Below are positions 7,167 to 17,323 of a DNA stretch of 64,000 nt, piece after piece; positions within the stretch are counted from its first letter, which is position 1, and each line of letters starts with the position of its first letter. Origin of the DNA: an uncultured Bdellovibrionales bacterium (lineage in GTDB: Bacteria > Patescibacteriota > Minisyncoccia > Moranbacterales > UBA1568); assembly GCA_964384235.1 (NCBI GenBank), contig CAYLJX010000003.1, forward strand, positions 8,389-72,388, written 5' to 3'. A program made the position numbers and the translations under genes. A model generated the notes under the pieces. The model was given only the letters and a program-made list of their open reading frames with translations, ran no database searches and was not told the origin of the DNA.

Positions 7167-8102
7167 TTACGCCTGCCTTTGTCCGGCAAGCAGTTTTTCC
7201 AACCGGCGGATCTTGATCTTGACCATGCGGTGGACAGGACTGAGTTTGAGAACCTGGCGGTAGCACTCTTTGGCGTCCTTGACGTTGTTCGTCTCGAGAT
7301 AATAATCACCGAGCGCCTCATACGCCGCGAAATCCTTAGGATTGGCGGCAATGTTCGCGATGAGATCCTCCTCCCGGGACGCGCGGGTCGTAGTCCGGGA
7401 AGCATTGCGCACAGAACCCGCGGCAGGGCGAGCAACCGGCTTTCGTCTGACCTCGGGCTGCGTCATGGTCTCGCTCACCATAGGTCGGACCGGGCGATCC
7501 TCGTCATCAGAAACATTCCGAGACACTGCCACTTCCTGTTCCTGCCTCTTTCGTCGGATGATCGGAGCAGTGAGCGTTTCGTCGGAGAACGATTTCCTGA
7601 AGGTTTCCCGCTCCGCAACCGGCATTTCCTCTCCTGATGATTTTTCCTCTTCGATCACAGTACTGATTCCCTGCTCTTCTTCCACGACTGTCGTTTCCCG
7701 TCTCCTCTTGAAACGGGAGAAGAAACTTTTCTTTTCAATCTCAGGAATCATTTCCACTCTTTCCGTCTCGGAGACTATTTCCTGCTGAGAAGCTTCGGGT
7801 TGTTCTTCGGAGACAGCAGCCTTTTCCTGCATCTCCTGACGCTTCTCACGAAGCGACTGCGTGAGATCGTTCAGGTGATTGTGCATCTTGAGAGAGATGA
7901 TCTTGAACCGCTGGGTCGTCTTTTCTAGGAGACGAAGAAAAAAAGTCTTGGTCCGGGAAAAAGCGATTTTCTCACCCGCTCCTTCTTCGATATCCGACAC
8001 CAAAGCCGTCACGGCCGGATCCTTCGCCTTCCGCGAGAGATACCATAGCAAAAAAGCGAGACTCAGAACGACGACTACTGGCGGAACAATCAGATACCAC
8101 AT
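7167..8102 (-). CDS. Membrane-anchored protein with C-terminal TPR
   Basis: N-terminal TM helix, acidic linker, AYEALGDYYLETNNVKDAKECYRQVLKLSP TPR. Confidence 0.75.
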   Translation of the reverse strand: MWYLIVPPVVVVLSLAFLLWYLSRKAKDPAVTALVSDIEEGAGEKIAFSRTKTFFLRLLEKTTQRFKIISLKMHNHLNDLTQSLREKRQEMQEKAAVSEEQPEASQQEIVSETERVEMIPEIEKKSFFSRFKRRRETTVVEEEQGISTVIEEEKSSGEEMPVAERETFRKSFSDETLTAPIIRRKRQEQEVAVSRNVSDDEDRPVRPMVSETMTQPEVRRKPVARPAAGSVRNASRTTTRASREEDLIANIAANPKDFAAYEALGDYYLETNNVKDAKECYRQVLKLSPVHRMVKIKIRRLEKLLAGQRQA

Positions 8103-8118
8103 TCTTTTATTGCAGAGA

Positions 8119-8232
8119 CTTCAGCGTTCGGCACATTTCTTTGTCGCCGCTTTGGTGCTCGATACGTTACGCTTTCGCAGTAGCGCTTACTTCGCTCCTC
8201 GCGGCTCCTCGAACTGTACTCGAACCCTGAAG
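8119..8232. repeat. Palindromic element family A, copy 1
   Basis: cttcagcgttcg...cgaaccctgaag terminal stem; shared motifs GCACATTTCTTTGT, CTTACTTCGCTCCTCG, CTCGAACTGTACTC. Confidence 0.8.
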
Positions 8233-8262
8233 CCCGTATTACTTCAGGCACTCTCACGACGC

Positions 8263-8847
8263 TTACATCTCGTAGCGGATGAAGCTTCCAACCTGTATAT
8301 TCTCCCCGATTTTCTGGATCTTTTCAGTAATGAGCGCTCCGACGGTCTTGTCGGCATCCTTGACGAACGGCTGCGTGAGGAGCGCGATATCGTTTCGGAA
8401 CTTCTGTTCCTTGCCCGTCATGATCTTGTCGAGGATCTCGGCCGGCTTGCCCTCCTGGGCGAGCTGCTCACGCCAGATGGCACGTTCCTTCTCGATAGTC
8501 TCCGCCGGGACATCTTCCGGCTTCAGAAACTGCGGGGCGGCGGCGGCGATATGCATCGCGATATCCTTGCCGAGCTCCTGGAACTCTTCGTTTCGCGCCA
8601 CGAAATCGGTCTCGCAGAAGAGCTTGACCATGGCACCGACACGCTTGTTGGAATGGACGTACGAGGCGATGAATCCTTCGCGGGCCTCACGGTCGCCTTT
8701 CTTGAGGGCCTTGTCCTGGCCGCGCTTGCGAAGAATCTCGATGGCTTTCGCTTCATCGCCGTTCGCTTCCTCGAGGGCTTTCTTCACATCGACGATACCG
8801 GCGCCGGTCCGCTCACGCAGGCCTTTGATCTGTTCCAATTGACTCAT
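8263..8847 (-). CDS. tsf: Elongation factor Ts (short form)
   Basis: LRERTGAGIVDVKKAL, CETDFVARN, AMHIAA. Confidence 0.97.
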   Translation of the reverse strand: MSQLEQIKGLRERTGAGIVDVKKALEEANGDEAKAIEILRKRGQDKALKKGDREAREGFIASYVHSNKRVGAMVKLFCETDFVARNEEFQELGKDIAMHIAAAAPQFLKPEDVPAETIEKERAIWREQLAQEGKPAEILDKIMTGKEQKFRNDIALLTQPFVKDADKTVGALITEKIQKIGENIQVGSFIRYEM

Positions 8848-8922
8848 AGATGTAAGGATACTTTGATTTTAACATTCTCTTCCCTTTCGGGACACTCCAA
8901 GAACCGGCAACAATATAAAGAG

Positions 8923-9738
8923 CTATTTGACAGCCTCTTTCTCGGCTTCCTGCTTCGGAGTCACGACGGCTTTCTCCTTCACGGAAAGCACTGCCTTCCC
9001 GAGAAAACCAAGGAGAAGGCGAAGCGACGACAACGCGTCGTCATTGCCCGGGACGGGATAGTCCACGAAGCTCGGATCGGTGTTGGTATCGACGATACCG
9101 ACGATCGGGACACGCATCTTGCGCGCCTCCTTGAGGACGAGGTCCGCCTCCTTGACGTCGGCGATGACGATCGCTCCAGGGAGTTCCCGCATGTGCTTGA
9201 TACCACCGACCTTCTTCTCCAGCTTTTCGAGCTCCTCCATCATCTTGGACTGCTCGAACTTGGTGTACTTCTTGAACTCCCCCGCCGCGAACTTCTCCTG
9301 GGATTCGATGAGGTGCTTGCCGCGGGCATGGATGGCGTTGAAGTTGGTGAGCGTGCCGCCGAGCCAGCGATCGATGACATACGGCTGCCCCAGACGTGTC
9401 GAGAGCGACCGGACCGTCTCGTGGGTCTGTTTCTTCATCCCGACGAAGAGCACCGGCTTGCCGCTCTTTACCACGTCGGCGAGGAAGGCCGCGGCCGCCT
9501 CCATCTTCTCCTGTGTCTTCTGGAGGTTCAGGATGTTGATGTTCTTGCGCGTCGTGAAGATGTACTCGTCCATCTTCGGATGGCGGCGGGACTTGAGGTG
9601 TCCGAAATGCACGCCGGCCTTGAGCATCGCCTCGAGACTCGCATCGAGCTTGTCAAAATCAAAATCAGCGAAAAACGAGTCGTTCGCCTTGGTCGCGGTT
9701 TTCTCGGCAGTCGCGGCTGCCTTGACGCTATCGGTCAT
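8923..9738 (-). CDS. rpsB: 30S ribosomal protein S2
   Basis: MLKAGVHFGH, RWLGGTLTNF, VDTNTDP, PGNDDA. Confidence 0.97.
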   Translation of the reverse strand: MTDSVKAAATAEKTATKANDSFFADFDFDKLDASLEAMLKAGVHFGHLKSRRHPKMDEYIFTTRKNINILNLQKTQEKMEAAAAFLADVVKSGKPVLFVGMKKQTHETVRSLSTRLGQPYVIDRWLGGTLTNFNAIHARGKHLIESQEKFAAGEFKKYTKFEQSKMMEELEKLEKKVGGIKHMRELPGAIVIADVKEADLVLKEARKMRVPIVGIVDTNTDPSFVDYPVPGNDDALSSLRLLLGFLGKAVLSVKEKAVVTPKQEAEKEAVK

Positions 9739-9894
9739 AATGGTTCTTCCTTACTTGGTTACGTCTACCTCTCCTCCTGACGAGACCCGCAAGCGCATCT
9801 TCAAAAAAGAAACGCGAGGAAGGGATCTTCCGGAGAGATATGCTGGATTTTCCCGCTCCCCCGAGAGGGAACGAACGAAGAAAATACAGTCCCT

Positions 9895-9922
9895 AGTATA
9901 GCAGAGACGGAGGACTTGTCAA
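9895..9922 (-). promoter_or_regulatory. Promoter for rpsB-tsf (with ~150-nt leader)
   Basis: TTGACA-16 nt-TATACT. Confidence 0.65.
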
Positions 9923-9973
9923 TTCCTGAAAGACGTGCTAGACTCTATTTCACTGAAGTAACACCGACTCATT

Positions 9974-10276
9974 ATGAAGCAAGGTATCCACCCCACCTAT
10001 TTCGAGGAAGCGACTGTCACCTGCGCCTGCGGCGCGGTGTTTCAGACTGGCTCGACCGTCCAGACGATGGATGTCGAAATCTGCTCGCAGTGCCATCCGT
10101 TCTATACCGGCAAGAAGAAATTCATCGACACCACCGGCCGCGTCGACCGCTTCAAGAAGCTGACTGAACGCTCCATCGAAAAGAAAGGCGCCCTCAAGAC
10201 CAAGGCTCCTCGCGTCAAGAAGGACCAGAAAGAAAAGAAGGAAACCGCTCCCGCCAAGGCCGAGAAGGCTGCTTAG
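9974..10276 (+). CDS. rpmE: 50S ribosomal protein L31 with Lys/Ala-rich C-terminal extension
   Basis: [29 protein letters not shown]. Confidence 0.97.
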   Translation: MKQGIHPTYFEEATVTCACGAVFQTGSTVQTMDVEICSQCHPFYTGKKKFIDTTGRVDRFKKLTERSIEKKGALKTKAPRVKKDQKEKKETAPAKAEKAA

Positions 10277-10420
10277 CGACTTTTCTCAAGCGCTTTCTTT
10301 TCCGTACCTGTGCCCCATTACATTCGAAACTTTTGAGAAAGCGCAATCCCGTCCATTTGGTCGGGATTTTGTTTAGAAAAAATTTTAAATTTTGAACTTT
10401 GACTTTTGACTTGTTGTCAT

Positions 10421-11515
10421 ATGAACGATCTCATCACCGAAATCGAACGCGAGCACCAGGCCGTGACCGCGGCTCTGAGCGATCCGGAAATCGTGAAAGA
10501 ACCCAAGAAGCTCGCGGACTTCGGCCGCCGCAAGACCGAACTCGACGCCATCATCGAACGCGCCGAGAAGCTTCGTGCTGTCGAAAAGAGCATGCGCGAC
10601 AACGCCGCTCTCACTCATGATCCGGACATGGACGCGGAGCTCAAAAGCATGGCCATCGAGGAGAACATCGCGCTCGCCGAACAGAAGACCGCGCTCGAGG
10701 AAGAACTGAAGCGCCTCCTCCTCCCGAAAGACCGGAACGATGACAAGGATATCATAGTCGAGATCCGTGGCGGCGCCGGCGGGGACGAATCCACCCTCTT
10801 CGCGGCCGAACTGTATCGCATGTACGTCCATTACGCGGAAACTCTCGGTTGGCGCATCACCATGCTCCACTCCAACCAGACCGAAGTCGGCGGGTTCAAG
10901 GAAGCCGTCTTTGAGATCAACCGCGGCGGAAGCGACATACCGGTCTATTCCAAGATGAAGTACGAATCCGGCGTACACCGTGTCCAGCGCGTCCCTGAAA
11001 CCGAGAAGATGGGCCGCGTCCACACTTCGACCGTGACCGTCGCCGTCCTCCCTCAGGCCGAAGAAGTGGAAATCTCCATCAATCCGGCTGACCTGCGCAT
11101 CGATACCTTCTGTTCCTCCGGTCCCGGCGGCCAATCGGTCAACACTACCTACAGCGCCGTCCGTATCACCCACATCCCGAGCGGTCTCGTCGTCTCCTGT
11201 CAGGACGAGAAGTCCCAGATCAAGAACCGTGACAAGGCCATGAAGGTCCTGCGCTCGCGCCTCCTCCAGATGGAAGAGGAACGCCAGGCCAAGGAGCAGG
11301 GCGACGCCCGTCGCAGCCAGATCGGCACCGGCGACCGAAGCGAGAAGATCCGCACCTACAATTTCCCCCAGGACCGCATCACCGACCACCGTATCAAAGA
11401 ATCCTGGAGCAATCTCCACGGCATCCTCGCCGGCAACCTCGAACCCATCCTCTCCGCCCTCGAAGCCGAGGATATCCGCCGCAAACTGGAAAGACAGTCA
11501 ACAGAAAACAGTTAA
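10421..11515 (+). CDS. prfA: Peptide chain release factor 1
   Basis: [34 protein letters not shown]; followed by prmC. Confidence 0.97.
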   Translation: MNDLITEIEREHQAVTAALSDPEIVKEPKKLADFGRRKTELDAIIERAEKLRAVEKSMRDNAALTHDPDMDAELKSMAIEENIALAEQKTALEEELKRLLLPKDRNDDKDIIVEIRGGAGGDESTLFAAELYRMYVHYAETLGWRITMLHSNQTEVGGFKEAVFEINRGGSDIPVYSKMKYESGVHRVQRVPETEKMGRVHTSTVTVAVLPQAEEVEISINPADLRIDTFCSSGPGGQSVNTTYSAVRITHIPSGLVVSCQDEKSQIKNRDKAMKVLRSRLLQMEEERQAKEQGDARRSQIGTGDRSEKIRTYNFPQDRITDHRIKESWSNLHGILAGNLEPILSALEAEDIRRKLERQSTENS

Positions 11516-11637
11516 CAACAAACAAAGAAACACGAATATGTTGCACACTATAACATACGACCGGATATTATAGTGTGCATGCCCGGGAACTTCGTATCCG
11601 TACTGTTTTCTGTTTTTTGTTGACTGTTATCTGATTT

Positions 11638-12522
11638 ATGACCGTTCAAGCGCTCCAAAAAAAATTCCTCCCCTCCCTCGCGCCGGAGGATTTTTTCGTT
11701 CTGCTTGCGGAAGCGACCAGCAAGGACAAGGCATTCCTCCTGGCCCATCCGGAATACGAGCTTAGGGCAGAGACAGAAGCGAAAGCCCAGGAATACTTCG
11801 CGAGACGCCTCCGCCATGAACCAGTCGCCTACATCGTCGGCCACAAGGAGTTCTACGGCCGGGATTTCAGGGTGACCCCCGCGACGCTCATCCCCAGACC
11901 GGAAACCGAACTGCTTGTCGAGCTTACGCTCAACGAGATTTCCAATTTCCAATTTCCAATTTCCAAAAAAATAATCCTTATCGATGTAGGAACGGGGAGC
12001 GGGAATATCATCATCACCCTTGCAAAGGAAATATCATATCTCATATCTCATATCTCATCATTCAGTTTCCATGCAACGGACATTTCCCTCGATGCGCTCA
12101 CCGTCGCGAAAGAAAATTCCAAACGACATCACGTCGATCATCTCATCTCTTTCCATCAGGGCGATCTCCTTACACCGATCATCGATGAACTGAGAGAGGC
12201 AGAACACATCATCATCACCGCCAATCTCCCTTATCTCTCCGAAACGATCTACGATGACGCCGAAGACGACGTGAAGGATTTCGAACCACGAAGCGCACTC
12301 ATAAGCGACGAGGAGGGACTCGCGCACTCATATCGTCTCCTGGAACAGCTCCACGCACTCACAGCACGCAAGTCTCTCGACGTGTTTTTTGAAATCAGTC
12401 CGGAACAATCTTCTCTTCTGCAAGATCGCATCCGGACGCTCTTTCCTGAGTCAAAAACAACTATTCATCCTGACCTTTCCGGCCGGGACAGAATTGTCTC
12501 TTTTTCCCTTTTTCGAGCCTAA
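11638..12522 (+). CDS. prmC: Release-factor glutamine methyltransferase PrmC/HemK
   Basis: EPVAYIVG, LIPRPETE, DVGTGSG, ANLPY; carries two heptamer-repeat insertions. Confidence 0.93.
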   Translation: MTVQALQKKFLPSLAPEDFFVLLAEATSKDKAFLLAHPEYELRAETEAKAQEYFARRLRHEPVAYIVGHKEFYGRDFRVTPATLIPRPETELLVELTLNEISNFQFPISKKIILIDVGTGSGNIIITLAKEISYLISHISSFSFHATDISLDALTVAKENSKRHHVDHLISFHQGDLLTPIIDELREAEHIIITANLPYLSETIYDDAEDDVKDFEPRSALISDEEGLAHSYRLLEQLHALTARKSLDVFFEISPEQSSLLQDRIRTLFPESKTTIHPDLSGRDRIVSFSLFRA

Positions 12523-12540
12523 AAACAGGATTGAAAAACG

Positions 12541-12569
12541 AAAAGACCCCGACTTTCGTCGGGGCTCTT
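12541..12569. terminator. Bidirectional intrinsic terminator
   Basis: aaaagaccccgac-tttc-gtcggggctctt hairpin between convergent genes. Confidence 0.7.
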
Positions 12570-12603
12570 CGTTGGTTAACCAAAAGAACCTGAAAAGGCA
12601 AAA

Positions 12604-12723
12604 CTATTTGCGCTTCTTGGTGGTCTTCTTCGCGGCCTTCTTCTTCGTCACCTTCTTCGCGGCCTTCTTCTTCGTCACCTTCTTCGCAACTTTCTTTTTG
12701 GTTGTCTTTTTCTTGGCTGCCAT
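12604..12723 (-). CDS. 39-aa Lys/Ala/Thr-rich histone H1-like small basic protein
   Basis: MAAKKKTTKKKVAKKVTKKKAAKKVTKKKAAKKTTKKRK; strong SD GGAGGGAGGTG upstream and terminator downstream. Confidence 0.8.
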   Translation of the reverse strand: MAAKKKTTKKKVAKKVTKKKAAKKVTKKKAAKKTTKKRK

Positions 12724-13232
12724 ATTGCTCACCTCCCTCCTTGCCGTTCTTCTCATCCGTCGTTCCCGTTGGAAGCGCTCGGAGGAAGAATCGGATTATT
12801 TTTTCACACAACACGATTTTTATTTTCAGAGTGTGTGATGCGCGGAAAAATTTTTCCGTACATTTTTATTATACTCTCTTTTTCAAAAATGCAAAGGGAA
12901 AAATAATTCCTGTCAACACCTCGTACACTATTACAAACGATGAAGAGAAAAGTTTCATGTAACAACCGAAGAAAAGTAAAATGAGAAATGGAAAATTAAA
13001 AAATTTAAAAGCAAAATTCAAAATGATTTTCAAAAACAAAACCGATCACATCAATCATGCCCTTCATATTTTTAAAATTTTCCATCACCATTTTCCATTT
13101 TCATCTTTCCAATTTCCATTCTCTGTTTCCTCTGCATGATTGGCATACTCACCCGAAAATATTTCTGTGGAACTTCTATCTCTCTACCAAGAAAATCCCC
13201 ATATTACGCTGAAAAACGTGTTTTTTGTCCAG

Positions 13233-13261
13233 TTGACAGGCACTTTTTCAGACCGTAACAT
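13233..13261 (+). promoter_or_regulatory. Putative sigma70 promoter
   Basis: TTGACA-17 nt-TAACAT. Confidence 0.55.
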
Positions 13262-13384
13262 GAAGGGAAAGGGGGTCGAAATGCCGGAACATCCCCTCAC
13301 GAAAACGTGTTCCGACCGAAGCTTCAACGCAAGCGGTACTTTGCAAACTTAGAGATGATTAAGCTAGAAAGAGAGGTGAATACC

Positions 13385-13975
13385 ATGGAACAGATGGACC
13401 AGCAGGATCCGATGTTTGAAGACGATTCCGTTTCCGAAGGAAAGACCTGGATTCAGGAGAATCTCCGTATCATTGTCAGTGTATTCATAGTGGCCGCGAT
13501 CGCCTTGGGTATCTATTCGTACTCGCAGCGCTCGCAGACCGTCTCTGACAACGAGAGCCTCCTCGAATCGAGCGGCGTAAGCGAAGAGCAGTCGGAAGGC
13601 GATGTCGCGGAAGGCGACGAGCCGGAAGCAGTGCAGCCGAACAAAGTCGTCGTCACCCCCGAACTCTCCCGCGAGACGGAAAATTCTTTCGTCGAGCAGG
13701 CGGAACGCGGCAACGGGACGACTCACCTGGCACGCCGAGCACTCGCCCACTATCTCGAGAAGAATCCCGACTCATCCCTCACGGCTGAGCACAAGATCTA
13801 CATCGAGGACTATCTCCGCAAGAACGCCGGTTTCCGAGGCGCTGTCACGACCCAGACTTCGATCGAGTTTCAGAAGAGTCTGATTCAGCAAGCTATCGAG
13901 AAATCGAAGACGCTCAATGAACGCCAGTTGAATAACCTGAAAAAGTATTCCGCTCGCGTGAGCGCCTACCGTTAG
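13385..13975 (+). CDS. Hypothetical single-pass membrane protein
   Basis: SD GAGGTG, one TM helix, acidic linker, globular C-terminal domain. Confidence 0.75.
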   Translation: MEQMDQQDPMFEDDSVSEGKTWIQENLRIIVSVFIVAAIALGIYSYSQRSQTVSDNESLLESSGVSEEQSEGDVAEGDEPEAVQPNKVVVTPELSRETENSFVEQAERGNGTTHLARRALAHYLEKNPDSSLTAEHKIYIEDYLRKNAGFRGAVTTQTSIEFQKSLIQQAIEKSKTLNERQLNNLKKYSARVSAYR

Positions 13976-14021
13976 AATCTCGCAACAAGTTCCCCCGTTC
14001 TTTTTCTGCAGATTAAGAAGA

Positions 14022-14047
14022 TAAAACCCCGCAACCGCGGGGTTTTA
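14022..14047 (+). terminator. Intrinsic terminator
   Basis: taaaaccccgc-aacc-gcggggtttta. Confidence 0.75.
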
Positions 14048-14051
14048 TGTT

Positions 14052-14174
14052 TCAAGCTTTCATTTTGGCACATCTCTTCGTTGCAAGCTCCGGTACTCGA
14101 CGCCGTACTTGCATCAGTACGGCTTACTTCGCTCCTCGCTTGCGCCTTGATCTACACTCAAAATGAAAGCTTGA
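14052..14174. repeat. Palindromic element family A, copy 2
   Basis: tcaagctttcattttg...caaaatgaaagcttga terminal inverted repeat; internal gccgtact/agtacggc hairpin. Confidence 0.85.
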
Positions 14175-14180
14175 CTGATT

Positions 14181-14651
14181 TTAACGGAATTCCACCCGGT
14201 CGCCGACATTGAGTGAGTCCGCCTCGCCGGCGTTCACCTCAAGGACACTGTCGGCCGCCTCCGGAGGACGGAGAACATCTTGGGAATCAGCCGAAACATG
14301 GCGCTCGATATGCACCACCCGGCCGTCCCGAAGCCAGACGATATCGAGAGGAAACCGCATCCCCTTCATCCAGAAAGTATACTCCCCCGGTTGGTCGAAG
14401 ATAAAGAGCATGGCGGAGCGGCTACTGAGCGTGTCGCGATATCCCAAACCCCGACTGTGTTCCGCTTCCGTCCGGGCGATCTCAAGAGTGAAGTATTTCT
14501 CGTGGAACGTCACCTGTGTCGGAAACGCCTGCCAGGAATCCGGTCTTTCTTTCCTTTCAGACCAAAGGAACAGCAGAGCTGCCGCCACTGCCGCTCCGAT
14601 CCCTCCCCACAGGAGGATGCGCGAAATTTTCCGTATTCCGTTAGGAAGCAT
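14181..14651 (-). CDS. DUF192-family protein
   Basis: GLGYRD, MLFIF, FWMKGMRFPLDIVW, VLEVNAG. Confidence 0.88.
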   Translation of the reverse strand: MLPNGIRKISRILLWGGIGAAVAAALLFLWSERKERPDSWQAFPTQVTFHEKYFTLEIARTEAEHSRGLGYRDTLSSRSAMLFIFDQPGEYTFWMKGMRFPLDIVWLRDGRVVHIERHVSADSQDVLRPPEAADSVLEVNAGEADSLNVGDRVEFR

Positions 14652-15675
14652 GGATTTTCTGTTTCAGGACGGTTTTCCGTTCCACAAAGAGAAGCAGTAG
14701 AAAAATAATCCCCAAGACCAGAAGAATGGCCGCCAGCTTTCCCAGTGCCTGCGTATTGAGGGCGATGCCTGCGATGAAGGCCGTCACCAGGAAAAAGAAC
14801 GCCGTGATGCGCCCATCGGACCAGCCGAGCTCCCGGAGACGGTAGTGCAGGTGCCGCTCGTCTGCCTCAAAAACAGGTGCTTTCGCCCGCAGACGCGACA
14901 CGATGACCCAGGCGGCATCGGCGATGGGAAGTGCCAGGACCAGGAGCGCTGTCGCGATCTTGGTTCCGGCCACGATAGCAAGTACCGAGATGAAAAACCC
15001 GAGAAACATCGCTCCGGCCGTACCAGCGAGAATGCGTGCCGGATATATGTTGAAGAGCAGGAATCCAGCCGTCACCCCGGCCCCGATGATAGCCAGGATA
15101 GCGAGAGGCGGCTGATTGACTTCCGGTTTCAGACTCAAGGCGAAGATGGTGAGAAACGTGATGAAGGCGACTCCTCCGCAGAGACCATCGAGACCGTCGA
15201 GCCAGTTGGTCACGTTCATCACGAGCATCACCCAGCAGAAGACGAAGAAAAAGCTCGGGAACAGCCAGTCCTCCACATGAAGCGACCAGATCCCACCGAA
15301 CGGGTTGGTGACGTATGCCACCCGGATACCGAAAATGAAGATGAGTATCGCAAGCGCCACCTGGAAGAACACCTGAGTCTTCCAGTCCAGCTCGGAGAAA
15401 TCATCCCACAGACCGAAGGCGAGTACGACGATCGTCCCCAAAGCCAGTCCGAGGAATTCCTTGGTGAGCACGAGGTGCGTATCCAGAAACAACGCCGCGA
15501 GGAAGGCTAGGATCATCGCCGCTCCGCCCATCCGCGAGAGTGTCTGTTTTCCGGATCGGGAGCGGTTCCGCCATCGTCGTTCCCGAAAAAACGGCAGCGA
15601 CAGAAATACGATGATGAAACCGGCCGTAAGACCGAAGGCGGTCAGGAAGGGTACCAGGAAAAGATCAGACCACAT
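14641..15675 (-). CDS. MraY/WecA/TagO-family polyprenyl-phosphate sugar-1-phosphate transferase
   Basis: GLWDD, NWLDGLDGL, FNIYPARI, HLHYRL; polytopic membrane protein. Confidence 0.9.
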   Translation of the reverse strand: MWSDLFLVPFLTAFGLTAGFIIVFLSLPFFRERRWRNRSRSGKQTLSRMGGAAMILAFLAALFLDTHLVLTKEFLGLALGTIVVLAFGLWDDFSELDWKTQVFFQVALAILIFIFGIRVAYVTNPFGGIWSLHVEDWLFPSFFFVFCWVMLVMNVTNWLDGLDGLCGGVAFITFLTIFALSLKPEVNQPPLAILAIIGAGVTAGFLLFNIYPARILAGTAGAMFLGFFISVLAIVAGTKIATALLVLALPIADAAWVIVSRLRAKAPVFEADERHLHYRLRELGWSDGRITAFFFLVTAFIAGIALNTQALGKLAAILLVLGIIFLLLLFVERKTVLKQKIHAS

Positions 15676-15700
15676 AACGGAAACTGGAATTTAGACGATC

Positions 15701-16111
15701 TCAGTAGTTCACAAAGGCGATAGCTGAACTGGCAATGAGCACCCCCGCTGAAAACATCCCGGATCCCAGAAGCAGGAGATACGCCGCGATACGCTCCGTC
15801 CGATAATAAAACCCGCGCGCCAGGAACAGGTGTCCGAAAAGGGCGATAGCGGCAGCGGCCGGCAACGCGTATACCTGCCACCATGCCCCCAACAAGTCTA
15901 CGCCGAAATAGACGTTGTAGTGGAGAACGATCGGGTTTTCCGTCGGACGGATGAAGTATGCAAGGATCGCAATGCTCGCCGAAAGAGCGAGGAGGTTTCC
16001 GCCAAACAGGATACGCACGAGCGTGTTCCGGAAAAAATCGACACCTCCCTGAGAAAGCGCGACGCGACTCCCCCATGATACTTTTTCCCGATCGAATCGC
16101 GTTTCTTCCAT
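15701..16111 (-). CDS. Hypothetical 3-TM membrane protein (DUF1648-like)
   Basis: IVLHYNVYFGVD motif between TM helices. Confidence 0.65.
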   Translation of the reverse strand: MEETRFDREKVSWGSRVALSQGGVDFFRNTLVRILFGGNLLALSASIAILAYFIRPTENPIVLHYNVYFGVDLLGAWWQVYALPAAAAIALFGHLFLARGFYYRTERIAAYLLLLGSGMFSAGVLIASSAIAFVNY

Positions 16112-16118
16112 AAAAACG

Positions 16119-17189
16119 TCAGGTTTCTTCCTGTCCTTCCACGAGCGGTGCGGGCTGATTCAGGCCGAGACGCGCCGATCCGAGCTGGTCGCTCACTTTC
16201 TCGAGCCGCTTCTCGGCATCCTCGTATTTCTTGCCGGCATTGCCGAGATGGTTGCCTAGCACTTCGAATTCCCGGATGAACTTCTCATGCTCGCGTGAGA
16301 GCTTCTCCAGCTGCCCCATGATTTCCTTGGCACGCTTTTCGATCTGCAGTCCCTGCAAGCCGAAAAGGATCGTCTTCATGTAGGCATAGAAGGAGTTCGG
16401 CGATACGGGAATCACACGCTTGTCCGAGAGATAATCCAAAAGCCCCTGTTCGTCCTCGTCCTTGATGATGATCTCGTAGTAGACGTTCTCGGCAGGGATA
16501 TACATGAGCGCGAAATCGAGCGTCCCTTCGGCCGGCAGGATGTATTTGGAAGCGATGGCATCGACATGTTTCTTGACATCCGCATAGAACTGCCGCCTCG
16601 CGACGCGGCGCTCCTCGTCGCTCTGAGCCAAGAGGGTTTTCTTGAAATTTTCCAACGGGAACTTGGAATCGACGCTGATGTTTCCGCTCTTCAGAAGGAT
16701 GAGCGCGTCCACCGCTTCCCCGCTCTTGAAAGCGTGCTGGAGCGTGAAATATTCCCTGGGAAGCATTTTTCCAAGGATGTCCTTGAGCATGAGCTCGCCG
16801 AATCCGCCCCGGATCTTGGGTGCCTTGAGGATCTCCTGAAGCGACGCCACCTCCTTGCTCACCTCGAGGATCTGACGGTTCATCTGACTCACTTCCACCA
16901 GCTTTTCCTTCACCTCGGCATATGAGTGGGCCGCTTTGTCCAGACGCTGGTCCAGACGCGACGTATTGTCGCTCAGGCGCTGGTCGAGGGTGCGCTGGAA
17001 ACTCCCGAGCTGCTGATTGAGCGCGCCCGTGATGTGACGCATCTCTTCGTTCAGTTGTCCCTGGAGCATATCCATCCGCGCCCTCAGTTCGGTCTCTTCC
17101 CTCCCCCGACCGCGGAAAGAAAAAGCCAGCCACACTGCCAGGCCGGCTATGATAATACCGATAATGATAAATAATACCAACAAAGACAT
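16119..17189 (-). CDS. rmuC: DNA recombination protein RmuC
   Basis: [34 protein letters not shown]. Confidence 0.92.
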   Translation of the reverse strand: MSLLVLFIIIGIIIAGLAVWLAFSFRGRGREETELRARMDMLQGQLNEEMRHITGALNQQLGSFQRTLDQRLSDNTSRLDQRLDKAAHSYAEVKEKLVEVSQMNRQILEVSKEVASLQEILKAPKIRGGFGELMLKDILGKMLPREYFTLQHAFKSGEAVDALILLKSGNISVDSKFPLENFKKTLLAQSDEERRVARRQFYADVKKHVDAIASKYILPAEGTLDFALMYIPAENVYYEIIIKDEDEQGLLDYLSDKRVIPVSPNSFYAYMKTILFGLQGLQIEKRAKEIMGQLEKLSREHEKFIREFEVLGNHLGNAGKKYEDAEKRLEKVSDQLGSARLGLNQPAPLVEGQEET

Positions 17190-17204
17190 AGCTTGTGTTT
17201 CCAA

Positions 17205-17323
17205 AAACTTTCAGATTTGAGCACAGTTCGAGGCGCGAGCGAGGAACGAAGAAGGCTGTACTTCCCAGTACAGTGTCGAGCACTGGAGCTCGCAACAAAG
17301 AAATGTGCCAAATATGGAAGTTT
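17205..17323. repeat. Palindromic element family A, copy 3 (opposite orientation)
   Basis: aaactttcagatttg...caaatatggaagttt; CAGTTCGAGGCG, GAGGAACGAAG, AACAAAGAAATGTGCC. Confidence 0.85.

Noticed and set aside
8263-8847. Truncated EF-Ts
   Set aside because: The ~195-aa short form is a known natural variant and all core motifs are present.
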